A DNA stretch of 64,000 nt from an uncultured Pyrinomonadaceae bacterium (GTDB taxonomy: Bacteria; Acidobacteriota; Blastocatellia; Pyrinomonadales; Pyrinomonadaceae). Location: contig CAXSFM010000001.1 in NCBI GenBank assembly GCA_964236735.1, positions 122,015-186,014 of the forward strand. The letters run 5' to 3'. Under the pieces are notes generated by a model. That model was not told the origin of the DNA. It was given only the letters and a program-made list of their open reading frames with translations, and did not search any database. The translations under genes were made by a program, and so were the position numbers. Every line of letters starts with the position of its first letter. Within the stretch, counting starts at the first letter, position 1. Positions 1 to 10,969 of the stretch are shown here, piece after piece.

Positions 1-1
1 C

Positions 2-1018
2 GCTGATAAAAACGCGCAAACGCCCGTCGAGTTTTACTGGCACCTCGGCGACTTGCGCGGCATGTTCCGCATAGACTGCGACGTGCTCAAGCGTAAAGAC
101 CCGAACGCCGTGTGCAACGTCAGCCCTTTGGACATGAACAAAGCCGAGCTGCGTCAATACCTCGACGACTTCAACGGCTATCTCAAAATTTCATGGGACG
201 ATTTCATCGAGCATCAGATTGATCCCTTCGGGCAGACGCCTTTCGTCCTCGGCATCGGCAATCACGAACTGATCAACCGGACGCGCGAAGACTTTCGACT
301 CCGCTTCAGCAAATGGCTGACGCAGCCGCTCATCACGTCCGCGTCGAAGTGGGACGCCAAGAATAAAATCACCGCGTCGTCCGGCAACACTTACTTTCAC
401 TTCGTGAAGAACGGCGTGGATTTTATCTATCTCGACAACGCGGGCTACAAAGATGACTTCAGCGCGGAGCAACTCGCGTGGCTCGCGCAGGTGCTCAAGG
501 CTGACGCGAAGGATAAATCAATCAAGACGATTATCGCCGGGATGCACGCCGCGCTTCCGCAGAGTTCAGAGCGCGGGCACGCGATGGATGCGACCTGCGA
601 CGGCCTGTGCAGCGGCCTCACGGCTTACGACCTGCTGTATCAGGCGCAGAATCTTTCCGCGACGAACTCGGCGCAGCGCAAGCACGTCTATGTCTTTTCC
701 AGCCACTCGCATTTTTTCAGAGAGAACATCTACAACACCACGGAGCATCAGGGGAAAGTTCTTAACGGCTGGATCATCGGCACGGGCGGAGCCGAGCAGT
801 ATCTTAGAACTACGACCGAGCGAATTATGTACGGCTACCTGTTGGTTGAAGTGCGCCCCGACGGAACTATCAATCCGCAATTTCGAGAGGTTGGACGCGA
901 CTCACAACCATTAGCGACAGGCCCCGGCGCGACTGAGATTACAGACTTTTGCTTCCAACAGAATTGGCGGAAACCAACTGACAAAGTTGCGGAGAAATGT
1001 ACTTGCCCCTCGCACTGA
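2..1018 (+). CDS. Metallophosphoesterase (calcineurin-like phosphatase), 5' end truncated by the window edge
   Basis: Reading frame is open back to base 2, so the true start lies upstream of the window. GNHE motif (GIGNHELI) and an upstream GD-containing motif (HLGDLRG) are typical of metallophosphatases. Confidence 0.65.
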   Translation, partial: ADKNAQTPVEFYWHLGDLRGMFRIDCDVLKRKDPNAVCNVSPLDMNKAELRQYLDDFNGYLKISWDDFIEHQIDPFGQTPFVLGIGNHELINRTREDFRLRFSKWLTQPLITSASKWDAKNKITASSGNTYFHFVKNGVDFIYLDNAGYKDDFSAEQLAWLAQVLKADAKDKSIKTIIAGMHAALPQSSERGHAMDATCDGLCSGLTAYDLLYQAQNLSATNSAQRKHVYVFSSHSHFFRENIYNTTEHQGKVLNGWIIGTGGAEQYLRTTTERIMYGYLLVEVRPDGTINPQFREVGRDSQPLATGPGATEITDFCFQQNWRKPTDKVAEKCTCPSH

Positions 1019-1032
1019 CCGCTTCGCAAGAT

Positions 1033-2241
1033 TCACGATTCTGACTCGTGTGTGTGCAGGTTGCGAGACGCGCGGAGATGTTTTTCAAGTCGCTGTTCTT
1101 CGACGCCGTAAAAAATTTTAAGCTCACGAATTTTATCCGCCGACGCTTTTCCGTCGCTGCGCCCTTCGCGTTTGACTCCGACGATCATCGTGTTCTTCGC
1201 CGTGTGCTCGGTGGAGATGAACTCGAAAACCTTCGTCGCGTATCCCGCCTCTTCGAGCAGGAGCGCGCGTATCGCATCGGTCAACATTTCAGCCTGCCGC
1301 TCAAGAAAGATGCCGTGTTTGAGAACACTGCGGAGCGCGGCAGGCGCTTTAATCTGCGGCCTCAGTTCGTGATGGCAGCATGGCGCGGTGATGATGATTG
1401 AGGCGTTGGCCGCGATGCCTTTGTAAATCGCGTCGTCTGTCGCCGTGTCGCAGGCATGGAGCGCGATGAGGATGTCTGCGGCATCGACCTCGAAACTTTC
1501 GATGTGGCCGGTGCGGAAAGAGAGTTGATCGAACGCCGCGCGCTGTGCGATGTCGTTACAAAGTCTGACCAATTCCTCACGCGCTTCGACGCCCGTCACG
1601 CGAGCCTTAATTTTCAAGATGCGATTAAAATAATCGTAAATCGCAAACGTCAGATAGCCCTTTCCCGAACCCATGTCAACGATGGAAATTTCGCTTTTGT
1701 CTGCCATCGTGGAATCAGCGAAGAGGCCGCTCACGATCTCAACGAATTTATTTATCTGGCGAAACTTATCGCCCATCTTCTCCCTGATTTCATCACGCTC
1801 GTTCGTCACGCCGAGCGCGCGTAGATAGACGTTGCCCGTCAATTCAATGTGGCGACGTTTGCTTTTTTCGAGCGTAGCGGGTGGAGTCTCGTTAAAAGTT
1901 GCGGCGCGTGAAAGCAGGCGCGCTTCACGTTTGCGATTGAATTCGATTTGAAAATCGCCTTCGAGCGTGAAGAGATGGCCGCTCAAAAACGATTCGCCCA
2001 ACAAGACGCGGAGAGTTTCGAGCGCGTCGGGTATCAAATGATTTTTAACGATGTCTCTCGTTTGATAGCGCGTGAGGAAAGAGAGGTGCTCGCGTTTCTT
2101 AACTTCGACGAGACGGACGTAGATATTTTTCAGTCCTGCTTCGCTGCCGCGATATTTGCCGAGCGTGAGTTTGACGAACGTGCGTGCGGCGACGCTCTTC
2201 GCCAACACTTCCATGAACGTGTCGAGATGAGTTTCATTCAT
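1033..2241 (-). CDS. Class I SAM-dependent methyltransferase
   Basis: 402-aa ORF with Rossmann SAM-binding motif IVDMGSGKGYLT and an acidic loop downstream. No convincing antisense alternative. Confidence 0.7.
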   Translation of the reverse strand: MNETHLDTFMEVLAKSVAARTFVKLTLGKYRGSEAGLKNIYVRLVEVKKREHLSFLTRYQTRDIVKNHLIPDALETLRVLLGESFLSGHLFTLEGDFQIEFNRKREARLLSRAATFNETPPATLEKSKRRHIELTGNVYLRALGVTNERDEIREKMGDKFRQINKFVEIVSGLFADSTMADKSEISIVDMGSGKGYLTFAIYDYFNRILKIKARVTGVEAREELVRLCNDIAQRAAFDQLSFRTGHIESFEVDAADILIALHACDTATDDAIYKGIAANASIIITAPCCHHELRPQIKAPAALRSVLKHGIFLERQAEMLTDAIRALLLEEAGYATKVFEFISTEHTAKNTMIVGVKREGRSDGKASADKIRELKIFYGVEEQRLEKHLRASRNLHTHESES

Positions 2242-2290
2242 CGTTGAATGTGCATTGAAAGCATTGAAATTAACAACACCATCTTAAATC

Positions 2291-2473
2291 TTACAGTCTC
2301 ATGTCCGTCCACACCTGCTCGATGTAGGCGAGGCATTCCTCTTTCGTTCCGCTCATGCCCGCATCCTGCCAACCCCCCGGATTCTTGCGATCAGCAGGCC
2401 AGATCGAATACTGCTTTTCTAAATTGACGACCACTTTGTAGATCGTATCGCCGTGCATCTCAACTGCACTCAT
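2291..2473 (-). CDS. MbtH-like protein
   Basis: 60-aa protein with the MbtH signature: NLEKQYSIWP, P.GW, ...CLAYIEQVWTDMRL (three invariant Trp plus the SxWP motif). Confidence 0.85.
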   Translation of the reverse strand: MSAVEMHGDTIYKVVVNLEKQYSIWPADRKNPGGWQDAGMSGTKEECLAYIEQVWTDMRL

Positions 2474-2591
2474 GCGGCAAATTCTCCTTCATTGAAAATT
2501 CAGAATCAGGGCTTTCGGGATTCTCCACTACTAATCGTCAGACTGAATATGCGCGCACAGCATGAGTAATTCTCACACCGGCGGCGCGACA

Positions 2592-3275
2592 TTAAACGAC
2601 GTGCATGATTTCTTCCAGAGGCTTGCGCTTGATGTCCGGCACTAACGCGCCCTGCGCGGGATACCCGACGGGAATCAACACGAACGGCTTCTCGTTCTTG
2701 GGGCGTCCGAGAATCTCATTGAGGAAACGCATCGGGCTGGGCGTGTGCGTCAGAGTGGCAAGGCCGGCGGCGTGCAGCGACGCAAGCAAGAGACCTGTGG
2801 CAATGCCGACGGACTCCGCCGCGTAGTAGGTCGGCTCCGTCTCATTCGTCTCGCTATCAATAAGATAGTCAACGCGGAACACCACGATGAGATACGGCGC
2901 GATTTCGAGAAACGGCTTGTGCCAGTCCGTGCCGAGCGGCGCGAGACGGCGCAGCCAGCGCGCGGGCATCCGCCCTTCATAACTCGCGCGCTCTTCGGCT
3001 TCAGCAGCCTCGCGGATGCGACGTTTCGTTTCCGTATCGCGCACGACGACGAAATGCCACGGCTGCATGTTCGCGCCCGATGGAGCAGTTCCGGCGGTCG
3101 AGATAGCGCGCTCGATTAACTCGAACAAGACCGGCTCGTCGGAATAATCGCGCACGGTGCGGCGACGGCTCATCAGTTGATGAAAAGCTTGCTGGCCTGC
3201 GGTCTGTTCATCGCTCGCGCGTCGCTCAAAATCAAGCGACGCGAATTTCGGTTCGGGAAAAATAGATTCACTCAT
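2592..3275 (-). CDS. Nitroreductase family protein (NAD(P)H-flavin oxidoreductase-like)
   Basis: RRTVRDYSDEPV motif and nitroreductase-fold conservation. Start set at the internal Met (MSESIF), giving a 4-nt ATGA overlap with the upstream gene's stop. The track's longer N-terminal extension overlaps the neighbouring gene. Confidence 0.7.
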   Translation of the reverse strand: MSESIFPEPKFASLDFERRASDEQTAGQQAFHQLMSRRRTVRDYSDEPVLFELIERAISTAGTAPSGANMQPWHFVVVRDTETKRRIREAAEAEERASYEGRMPARWLRRLAPLGTDWHKPFLEIAPYLIVVFRVDYLIDSETNETEPTYYAAESVGIATGLLLASLHAAGLATLTHTPSPMRFLNEILGRPKNEKPFVLIPVGYPAQGALVPDIKRKPLEEIMHVV

Positions 3276-4186
3276 CTCTTCACACGCTTCGATAATCCTG
3301 ACATCAGCGACGGGATTTCCGCCGGCACTTCGCGCGGCAGATAGCCGAGTTGTCCCATCCGCGCGGCCAGACGGTCGCCCGCTCGCGCGTGCAGATAGAC
3401 GCCCCACACGGCGGCGATGTGCGGCATCGCGCCGCGCGCCGCGAGTCCCGCGACGATGCCGGCCAGCACATCGCCGGAGCCGGAAGCCGCCAGCCCGACG
3501 TTGCCCGCGTCATTGCGAAACGCTTCACCATCCGGCGTCGCGATGAAAGTCTCACGGCCTTTGAGCGCGACGACGGCGCGCAATTCTTTCGCGGCGCGGA
3601 GAGCGATGCGGAGCGAGTCGCGCTCGATCATGGATTTATCCGTCTCATTGATGCCCGCCATCTCGCCCGCATTCGGTGTAATGATGGCGCGTCCCTCGTG
3701 CGCGTGCAGCAATTTTTTGTCAGTGGCGAGACAGGAAATCGCGCCCGCGTCAAGCACCACAATAGATTTATCACAGCAACGCAGGACGGCTTTGACGAAG
3801 CGTCTCACCACAGTCGTGTCCATCAAGCCCGGCCCGATGCAGACAGCCTGCGCTTCTCCCAAATGTTTTTCGAGGCGCGCGACGCCCGCGTGCGAGAGTT
3901 CGCCAGCTTTGGTTTCAGGAAGCGCGAAGACGAGAGACTCCGGCACGTTCGACGCCACGAGAGGCGCGACGCTTTCCGTCGTGGCGATTTGTAATTTCCC
4001 CGCTCCCGCGCGCAAGCCCGCCGTCGCCGCCAGCATAATCGCGCCGGGCATCTCGGAACTGCCGCCGATGATGAGCAGACGCCCGCGCTCTTCCTTGTCG
4101 CCCTCCGCGCCGGGTTGCGGCAGACGAATCTTTTTGAGAAGGCGCGGCGTGATGTGGATTGATTGCTCTATCTTTTTCATTAACAT
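3272..4186 (-). CDS. nnrD: ADP-dependent NAD(P)H-hydrate dehydratase (YjeF C-terminal / Nnr dehydratase domain)
   Basis: YjeF_C-type motifs: LLIIGGS, GAIMLAATAGLRAGAG, GSGDVLAGIVAGL. Start moved to MLMKK at 4186, because the upstream part of the track ORF only translates the 4214-4286 inverted repeat. Confidence 0.75.
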   Translation of the reverse strand: MLMKKIEQSIHITPRLLKKIRLPQPGAEGDKEERGRLLIIGGSSEMPGAIMLAATAGLRAGAGKLQIATTESVAPLVASNVPESLVFALPETKAGELSHAGVARLEKHLGEAQAVCIGPGLMDTTVVRRFVKAVLRCCDKSIVVLDAGAISCLATDKKLLHAHEGRAIITPNAGEMAGINETDKSMIERDSLRIALRAAKELRAVVALKGRETFIATPDGEAFRNDAGNVGLAASGSGDVLAGIVAGLAARGAMPHIAAVWGVYLHARAGDRLAARMGQLGYLPREVPAEIPSLMSGLSKRVKR

Positions 4187-4213
4187 GACGATTCGCGATT
4201 GAATGCGACTCTT

Positions 4214-4286
4214 GTCAGTACCGCCTGCGGTAGCGGGCGGGTACTTACGTTGCAGACACCCGCCCGCTACCGCAGGCGGTACTGAC
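4214..4286. repeat. Perfect 29-bp inverted repeat (15-nt loop) in the spacer between the histidine-phosphatase gene and nnrD
   Basis: gtcagtaccgcctgcggtagcgggcgggt / acccgcccgctaccgcaggcggtactgac are exact reverse complements. No U-tract follows. Confidence 0.9.
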
Positions 4287-4304
4287 TTGTTGCTAAGTTC
4301 GAGT

Positions 4305-5075
4305 TTATTTCGGAGCGACTGGCACATCGCTCGATGTGGTAACGGCCTCGCCGGCCTCTTCGAGCGGGACTGTGAAATTGAAGAGACGCGGCGCGAACTT
4401 TCCTTTCTCGCCCATCGCTTTGTCATATTCGTAAGACGTGACCGAGCAGTTGGCGACATCACATTCGCGGTCGAGCGTCAGAATTTCATCTTCCGTCATC
4501 CGTTCGAGCAGATAACGAAAACAAAAGACGACGACCGAGTGCGCGACGATCAGAACACGCTCGCGCCTGTATTCGCGCGTCACCGTATCTACCACGCTGC
4601 GAAGACGAAGGATTACGTCGCACCAACTCTCGCCGCCCGGCGGGCGATGATAAAACTTGCCGAGCGCGGTGCGAATCTCCGCCTGCTCCGGGTACTTTTG
4701 CTGGACGCCCGATCTGGTCAGGCGGTCGAGGATGCCGAACTCTTTTTCGCGCAGGCGTTCATCCGTCACGAAGATGATTTTCTCCGCATCAATCCCTGCG
4801 GAGGCGAGCATGATTTCCGCCGTCCTGCGCGCGCGAAGATATGGCGAGACGAGCACGACGCGCGGTCGCTCATCTTCATCCATCGCGCCGTACCAGCGAC
4901 CGAGCGCGTCGGCCTGTCTCTCGCCGAGTTGCGACAGCGGCACGTCCACGTCGCGCATCGCGATGTCTATCACGCCCAGCCCGGAAGCTTCCGCGAGGTC
5001 GCGCGCCACATTTCCCGCGCTCTCGCCGTGTCGCACAATCCACAGCACGTCCGGCCACTTTTGCGAGTCGTTCAT
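4305..5075 (-). CDS. Histidine phosphatase family protein (phosphoglycerate-mutase-like)
   Basis: RHGES catalytic motif near the N-terminus (LWIVRHGESAGN) and a second His motif (IVAHS). Confidence 0.75.
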   Translation of the reverse strand: MNDSQKWPDVLWIVRHGESAGNVARDLAEASGLGVIDIAMRDVDVPLSQLGERQADALGRWYGAMDEDERPRVVLVSPYLRARRTAEIMLASAGIDAEKIIFVTDERLREKEFGILDRLTRSGVQQKYPEQAEIRTALGKFYHRPPGGESWCDVILRLRSVVDTVTREYRRERVLIVAHSVVVFCFRYLLERMTEDEILTLDRECDVANCSVTSYEYDKAMGEKGKFAPRLFNFTVPLEEAGEAVTTSSDVPVAPK

Positions 5076-5208
5076 CGGTTAATCTTTCCGTCCTTAAAAA
5101 TTTGAAATAAGCCGTCGGTGACAATCAGGCTTGAGCGTGCTCGTTCAGGGTTACGCATTCATGCGTGTGATTTCATATCCCGAAAGTTTCGCGTCCGAAG
5201 ACGCAACT

Positions 5209-6231
5209 CTAAACCTCGTTATTTTTGAGCGCGGCTTTTTCACTCAACGCAGTCAACATTGAAGGTGAAAGCGCAGACTCGCTCTCACGTCCTTTGGCGC
5301 GACGCTTACCGATGCCTCCCGGCGCGGGCAGCAATTTGTTGACGAGCGCGAGCATGTCCGCCGTCGCTTCGGGAAAGAGCGCGCGAAACTTGGCGGCCAC
5401 AACTGCCTGCGTGCTGATAATTAGTTCCGCATCGCCGCGCCGGCACGCCTCGACGATTTGACGCGCCGCGCGCACGGCGTTGATGGACGAGACCGGCAGC
5501 GCGTCGCCGATGCCGAACCACGCATACTCCGCGCGATGCTGTCCCTTGAAAGTGGCATTGCGCGGGCTGCCCGTCCGCATCAGGCCGGGGCAGACGGTCG
5601 TCACGTAAATTCCATCCTTCACCAATTCCGCGCGCATCGCATCGGAGAGTCCGACGAGCGCAAACTTGCTCGCGCTGTAAGGCGCAAGATGCGGGACGCC
5701 GATCTTGCCGCCGATGGACGAGACGTTGACGATGCGCCCTTCGCGTCTTCGTCGCATCTGCGGCAAGACGGCGAGCGAAGTGTAGAGCGGCCCCCAGAAG
5801 TGGACGCGCATCGCCTCTTCAAAATCTCCGAGCGTCATTTCTTCGAGCGGCCCGACCTCGATCACGCCCGCGTTGTTGACGAGCACATCAATCCCGCCGA
5901 AATGTCTGTTGACGACATCAACCAACTCCGTCACCTGCGACTGCTGCGTCACATCGCATGGGACGGCGAGAACTTCTGCGCCACGCGCCTGCAAATCCTG
6001 TCGCGCCTTTTCCAGTTCATTATGGTCACGCGCGCAAATCGCCACGCGCGCACCCTCGCCCGCGAACTCGCGCCCCAAGACTAAACCCAATCCGCGCGAG
6101 CCGCCTGTGATTAACACCGTCTTGCCGCGCAAATCCACATCGCGCCGGCGTCGCATGAGCGCGCGCGCGACCAGCAACGCGCCCGCGCCGGCGGCGGCCA
6201 GCATCAGGCCATTCTTTTCCCTGTCATCCAT
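5209..6231 (-). CDS. SDR family oxidoreductase (short-chain dehydrogenase/reductase)
   Basis: TGGSRGLG glycine-rich NAD(P)-binding motif, NNAG, and the YSASK catalytic Tyr-x3-Lys. Confidence 0.8.
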   Translation of the reverse strand: MDDREKNGLMLAAAGAGALLVARALMRRRRDVDLRGKTVLITGGSRGLGLVLGREFAGEGARVAICARDHNELEKARQDLQARGAEVLAVPCDVTQQSQVTELVDVVNRHFGGIDVLVNNAGVIEVGPLEEMTLGDFEEAMRVHFWGPLYTSLAVLPQMRRRREGRIVNVSSIGGKIGVPHLAPYSASKFALVGLSDAMRAELVKDGIYVTTVCPGLMRTGSPRNATFKGQHRAEYAWFGIGDALPVSSINAVRAARQIVEACRRGDAELIISTQAVVAAKFRALFPEATADMLALVNKLLPAPGGIGKRRAKGRESESALSPSMLTALSEKAALKNNEV

Positions 6232-6270
6232 CGCCGACTCCCCCCTTAATATTCGCTTTCGCGCATCGCT

Positions 6271-7038
6271 TCAAATGAACGTCGCCACGACCGGCGTGTG
6301 ATCCGACGGTCGCTCCCAACCGCGCGGCTCGCGGTCAATCAGGCAGTCCGTGCAACGCTCGGCCAGAGGCTCGGAGACCCAGACGTGATCAATTCTCAAG
6401 CCCGTGTTGCGTCGAAAAGAACCCGCGCGATAATCCCACCAAGAGTAATGTCCGCTGCCCTTCGTGTGCTGGCGAAACGAATCCACGAAGCCCCACTCTC
6501 TGATTTCTTCGAGCGCGTCACGCTCCGGCTTGCTGCACAAAATCCGACCGCGCCACAACTCCGGGTCATGCACGTCCTCATCTTCCGGCGCGACGTTGAA
6601 GTCACCGCACAGCAACACGTCCGCATCCGTCCAGCATTCTTCGTCGAAGTATTCGCGCAGACGCTTCATCCAGTTGAGCTTAAATTTGTACTTGTCCGCG
6701 CCGACCGACTGGCCGTTCGGGACATAGACGTTGACGACGCGCACGCTTTCAACCGTCGCCGCCAGCAGACGCGCGTGCGCTCCCTCTTCATCATCGGGGA
6801 AACCTCTCTGCACGTCCTCGCAAGGAGCGCGAGAGAGAATCGCCACGCCGTTGTAAGTGCGCTGCCCGTAAATTTCCGAGCGGTAGCCGATGGCGGCAAA
6901 CTCCTGCGCGGGAAAGCGCGCCGCCTCGCATTTGATTTCCTGTAAGCACAGCACGTCGGGTCTGGCTTTCTCAAGCCATTGCAAAACGAGCGGCAGACGC
7001 GCCTGCACGGAGTTGACGTTCCACGTTGCGATTTTCAC
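6271..7038 (-). CDS. xth: Exodeoxyribonuclease III
   Basis: Full-length match to the ExoIII/APE1 family pattern: [22 protein letters not shown]. Confidence 0.9.
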   Translation of the reverse strand: MKIATWNVNSVQARLPLVLQWLEKARPDVLCLQEIKCEAARFPAQEFAAIGYRSEIYGQRTYNGVAILSRAPCEDVQRGFPDDEEGAHARLLAATVESVRVVNVYVPNGQSVGADKYKFKLNWMKRLREYFDEECWTDADVLLCGDFNVAPEDEDVHDPELWRGRILCSKPERDALEEIREWGFVDSFRQHTKGSGHYSWWDYRAGSFRRNTGLRIDHVWVSEPLAERCTDCLIDREPRGWERPSDHTPVVATFI

Positions 7039-7121
7039 GATGGAGACATCTTAGCTTGCCGTCATCTGATTTTGTAAACGGTTTGTGCCGTTGTGAGATA
7101 AATTTGACAACTTGAAGGCGA

Positions 7122-7334
7122 TTAACCGACCTTCACGAGTGATGGGCGTTTGGCGTGGCTCTTTTCATCGGGCGCATGTTTCTCCCACTCGCGCCCGCAG
7201 ACACGACAGCGATAGAGATTTTTGCGCGACGGATCGGTGCGCGATTCATCTTCGAGGAACGCGGCGATGTAAGCGGGCACGCTTGCGCCCTCAAGTTTCT
7301 CAAGTGTCGCGCACGAGCATTGTGGCTGGCTCAA
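7122..7334 (-). CDS. Hypothetical small Cys-rich protein (possible zinc ribbon)
   Basis: 70-aa ORF with CSC...CRVCGREW. It lies on the same strand as its neighbours with tight spacing. No recognisable family. Confidence 0.35.
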   Translation of the reverse strand: MSQPQCSCATLEKLEGASVPAYIAAFLEDESRTDPSRKNLYRCRVCGREWEKHAPDEKSHAKRPSLVKVG

Positions 7335-7347
7335 TGTTTTGTCCTCG

Positions 7348-7779
7348 TTATAGGCAGCGCATCAAATGCGGCTCGCGGCCAAAGTGGAGTTGATACGTGC
7401 CGAGCGTTTGACCCGTCCCCGTTAGCTTCACGGTCAACGTCAACTCGTTGCCGCGCAGCCGTCCGGTATAGCTCGCAGCCTGTGTGCTGTCCGGCTCGTT
7501 GATTCGTATCGGCCCGGCATGTCCTCTGCCGTGCGTCCCCTTAAGAAGGAAACTGCCGCGCCGGTCAACCTTGAGCGGCGCATCAATCGTTCCCGTCCCG
7601 CAGTCATATTCGATTGACGCGCCCATCCGTGTGACGCTCAGGCGAATGTGATCTCCGCCCCAGATGCCCTCCGCGACGCGCCTCGCTCCGCCGGCTTTGC
7701 CGTCCACAGTTTGATTCAACGTCAGCATCAAAACGCAGAGCATGACACCAACCGCCGCTCTCGAAATTATGTGATTCAT
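7348..7779 (-). CDS. Hypothetical secreted protein
   Basis: N-terminal signal-peptide-like hydrophobic segment (AAVGVMLCVLMLTLN) and Gly/Thr-rich beta-type composition. No family recognised. Confidence 0.4.
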   Translation of the reverse strand: MNHIISRAAVGVMLCVLMLTLNQTVDGKAGGARRVAEGIWGGDHIRLSVTRMGASIEYDCGTGTIDAPLKVDRRGSFLLKGTHGRGHAGPIRINEPDSTQAASYTGRLRGNELTLTVKLTGTGQTLGTYQLHFGREPHLMRCL

Positions 7780-7999
7780 CGTCTTTGCTCACTTCCAGCG
7801 TGTGGTCAGACGCCGCACTCCGTCAACTATTTTCACGTAAAAGTCTCAACGTAAACATGCAATTCACCAGAGACGCGCGTGCGGCAATTTACCAAATTGT
7901 CGCAGGATGAGTTAATATTTTCGCCCAACGCATGACAGAGCGCAAAGCGCTTCGCTAAATCAACACGCATTTCGACGCGCACATTTTCGGGAGGACTAT

Positions 8000-8662
8000 T
8001 TGACAGCCGCCGCATTCTACGACCTAGAGGGCACGCTCGTGAGCACCAATCTCGTGCATACGCTCGGCTTCTACGCGCGCAACCAGCAAGGTTTGCTCCG
8101 CAGCATTCGCAAGAGCGCCGCCACGCTCGTCAGCCTGCCCGTCTTCGCCGTCACGGATCAGGTCAGCCGCATGGTCTTCAACGACATGTTTTTCAAACGC
8201 TACAAAGGCGAATCCGAAGACCGTCTCCGTTACTTCGCCGGAGACTTGTTCGAGAAAGTGCTCAAGCCCGCCATCTTTCCCGGCTCGTTCGAGTTGATCG
8301 AAAAGTCGCGCAGCCTCGGACTCCGGCAAGTGGTTGTGACAGGCGCGCTCGACATCTCGGTTGAGCCGCTGATGAAGCACTTGGGAATTGACGACTACGT
8401 GGCAAATCGTCTTGAATTCGTCAACGGCGTCGCGACGGGACGACTGCTCCCGCCCGTGCTCGCCTCCGCGACGAAGGCTTCGTGGATACGCACCTACGCC
8501 GAGCGCGAGAAAATCAATCTCAACGAATCCTTCGCATACAGCGACAGCATGAGCGATTTGCCCATGCTCTCCATCGTCGGACACCCGGCGGCGGTCAACC
8601 CCGACATGCGCCTCAAACAGACGGCGCTTCATCACGACTGGCCGATACTGAATTTGAAGTGA
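8000..8662 (+). CDS. HAD-IB family hydrolase (phosphoserine-phosphatase-like)
   Basis: DLEGTL motif I near the N-terminus and a later HAD motif. TTG start preceded by a GGAGGA ribosome-binding site. Confidence 0.7.
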   Translation: MTAAAFYDLEGTLVSTNLVHTLGFYARNQQGLLRSIRKSAATLVSLPVFAVTDQVSRMVFNDMFFKRYKGESEDRLRYFAGDLFEKVLKPAIFPGSFELIEKSRSLGLRQVVVTGALDISVEPLMKHLGIDDYVANRLEFVNGVATGRLLPPVLASATKASWIRTYAEREKINLNESFAYSDSMSDLPMLSIVGHPAAVNPDMRLKQTALHHDWPILNLK

Positions 8663-8735
8663 TGAGTGATGAGTGATGAGTGATGAGTAAAGAAATTTTG
8701 CTCTCACTCATCACTCATCACTCATCACTCATCAC
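8659..8735. repeat. Intercistronic hairpin: (GTGATGA)x4 arm, 17-nt loop, (TCATCAC)x4 arm
   Basis: Exact 30-nt arms. The left arm contains the TGA stop of the HAD gene; the right arm ends 10 nt before the ATG of the next gene. Same repeat unit as the hairpin at 49114-49188. Confidence 0.9.
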
Positions 8736-8744
8736 TTAATAAAG

Positions 8745-10343
<1,599 letters not shown>

Positions 10344-10367
10344 GGTAAATGCATACGAGACATAGCA

Positions 10368-10940
10368 ATGAGTACGACTCGCATAATTACTGCTGACGAT
10401 TTGTTAGTCATGCCTCATCGTGATAGGCACGGCAATGATTGCCGACTTGAGTTGATTCACGGAGAGGTAAAGACGGCATCGCTCAATTCAATGGCACATG
10501 GCGTACTCTGCGTAAGACTTGCAACCGCCGTCAGTAATTTTGTTGAAGCGCACGAGCTAGGCGTTGTCTTCGCTACAGGGACAGGATTTCTCGTGGAGCA
10601 GAATCCTGATACGGTGTACGGCGTAGATGTCGCGTTTGTGAGCCACAAGCGGTTGAAGGCAGTCAATAATCTCGAAAAGTTCATTCCCTTTGCGCCCGAT
10701 TTAGCTATAGAAGTTTTGGGCATGAACGATACGATTTACGAAATGGATGAGAAGATCGCTTTCTACTTTGCCGCCGGTTCGCGCCTTGTGTGTATCATCA
10801 ATCCGAAGCGTCGCACGGTTGCGGTTTATACTTCGACGCTTGACGTGCGTATTTTCGACGGCAGCGACACGCTCGACGGCGGCGACGTTTTGCCGGGCTT
10901 CAAACTTGAGCTTTCCAGACTATTTGCCAACTTAAAATAG
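10368..10940 (+). CDS. Uma2 family endonuclease (DUF820, restriction-endonuclease-like fold)
   Basis: Typical Uma2 features: PDLAIEVLG... motif region and size (~190 aa). Confidence 0.7.
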   Translation: MSTTRIITADDLLVMPHRDRHGNDCRLELIHGEVKTASLNSMAHGVLCVRLATAVSNFVEAHELGVVFATGTGFLVEQNPDTVYGVDVAFVSHKRLKAVNNLEKFIPFAPDLAIEVLGMNDTIYEMDEKIAFYFAAGSRLVCIINPKRRTVAVYTSTLDVRIFDGSDTLDGGDVLPGFKLELSRLFANLK

Positions 10941-10969
10941 CGAGACGCGGCGCGGCATCCTGAGCCAAC

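Noticed and set aside
3417-4202. 261-aa and 214-aa plus-strand ORFs (3417-4202, 3350-3994) rich in Ala/Arg/Ser
   Set aside because: They run antisense to the well-supported nnrD gene, have high-GC codon-position artefact composition (A/R/S/P-rich), and have no recognisable motifs.
4203-5105. 300-aa plus-strand ORF
   Set aside because: It is antisense to the histidine-phosphatase gene, which has RHGES motifs. Its N-terminus is a translation of the 4214-4286 palindrome (PPAVAGG...PPATAGG).
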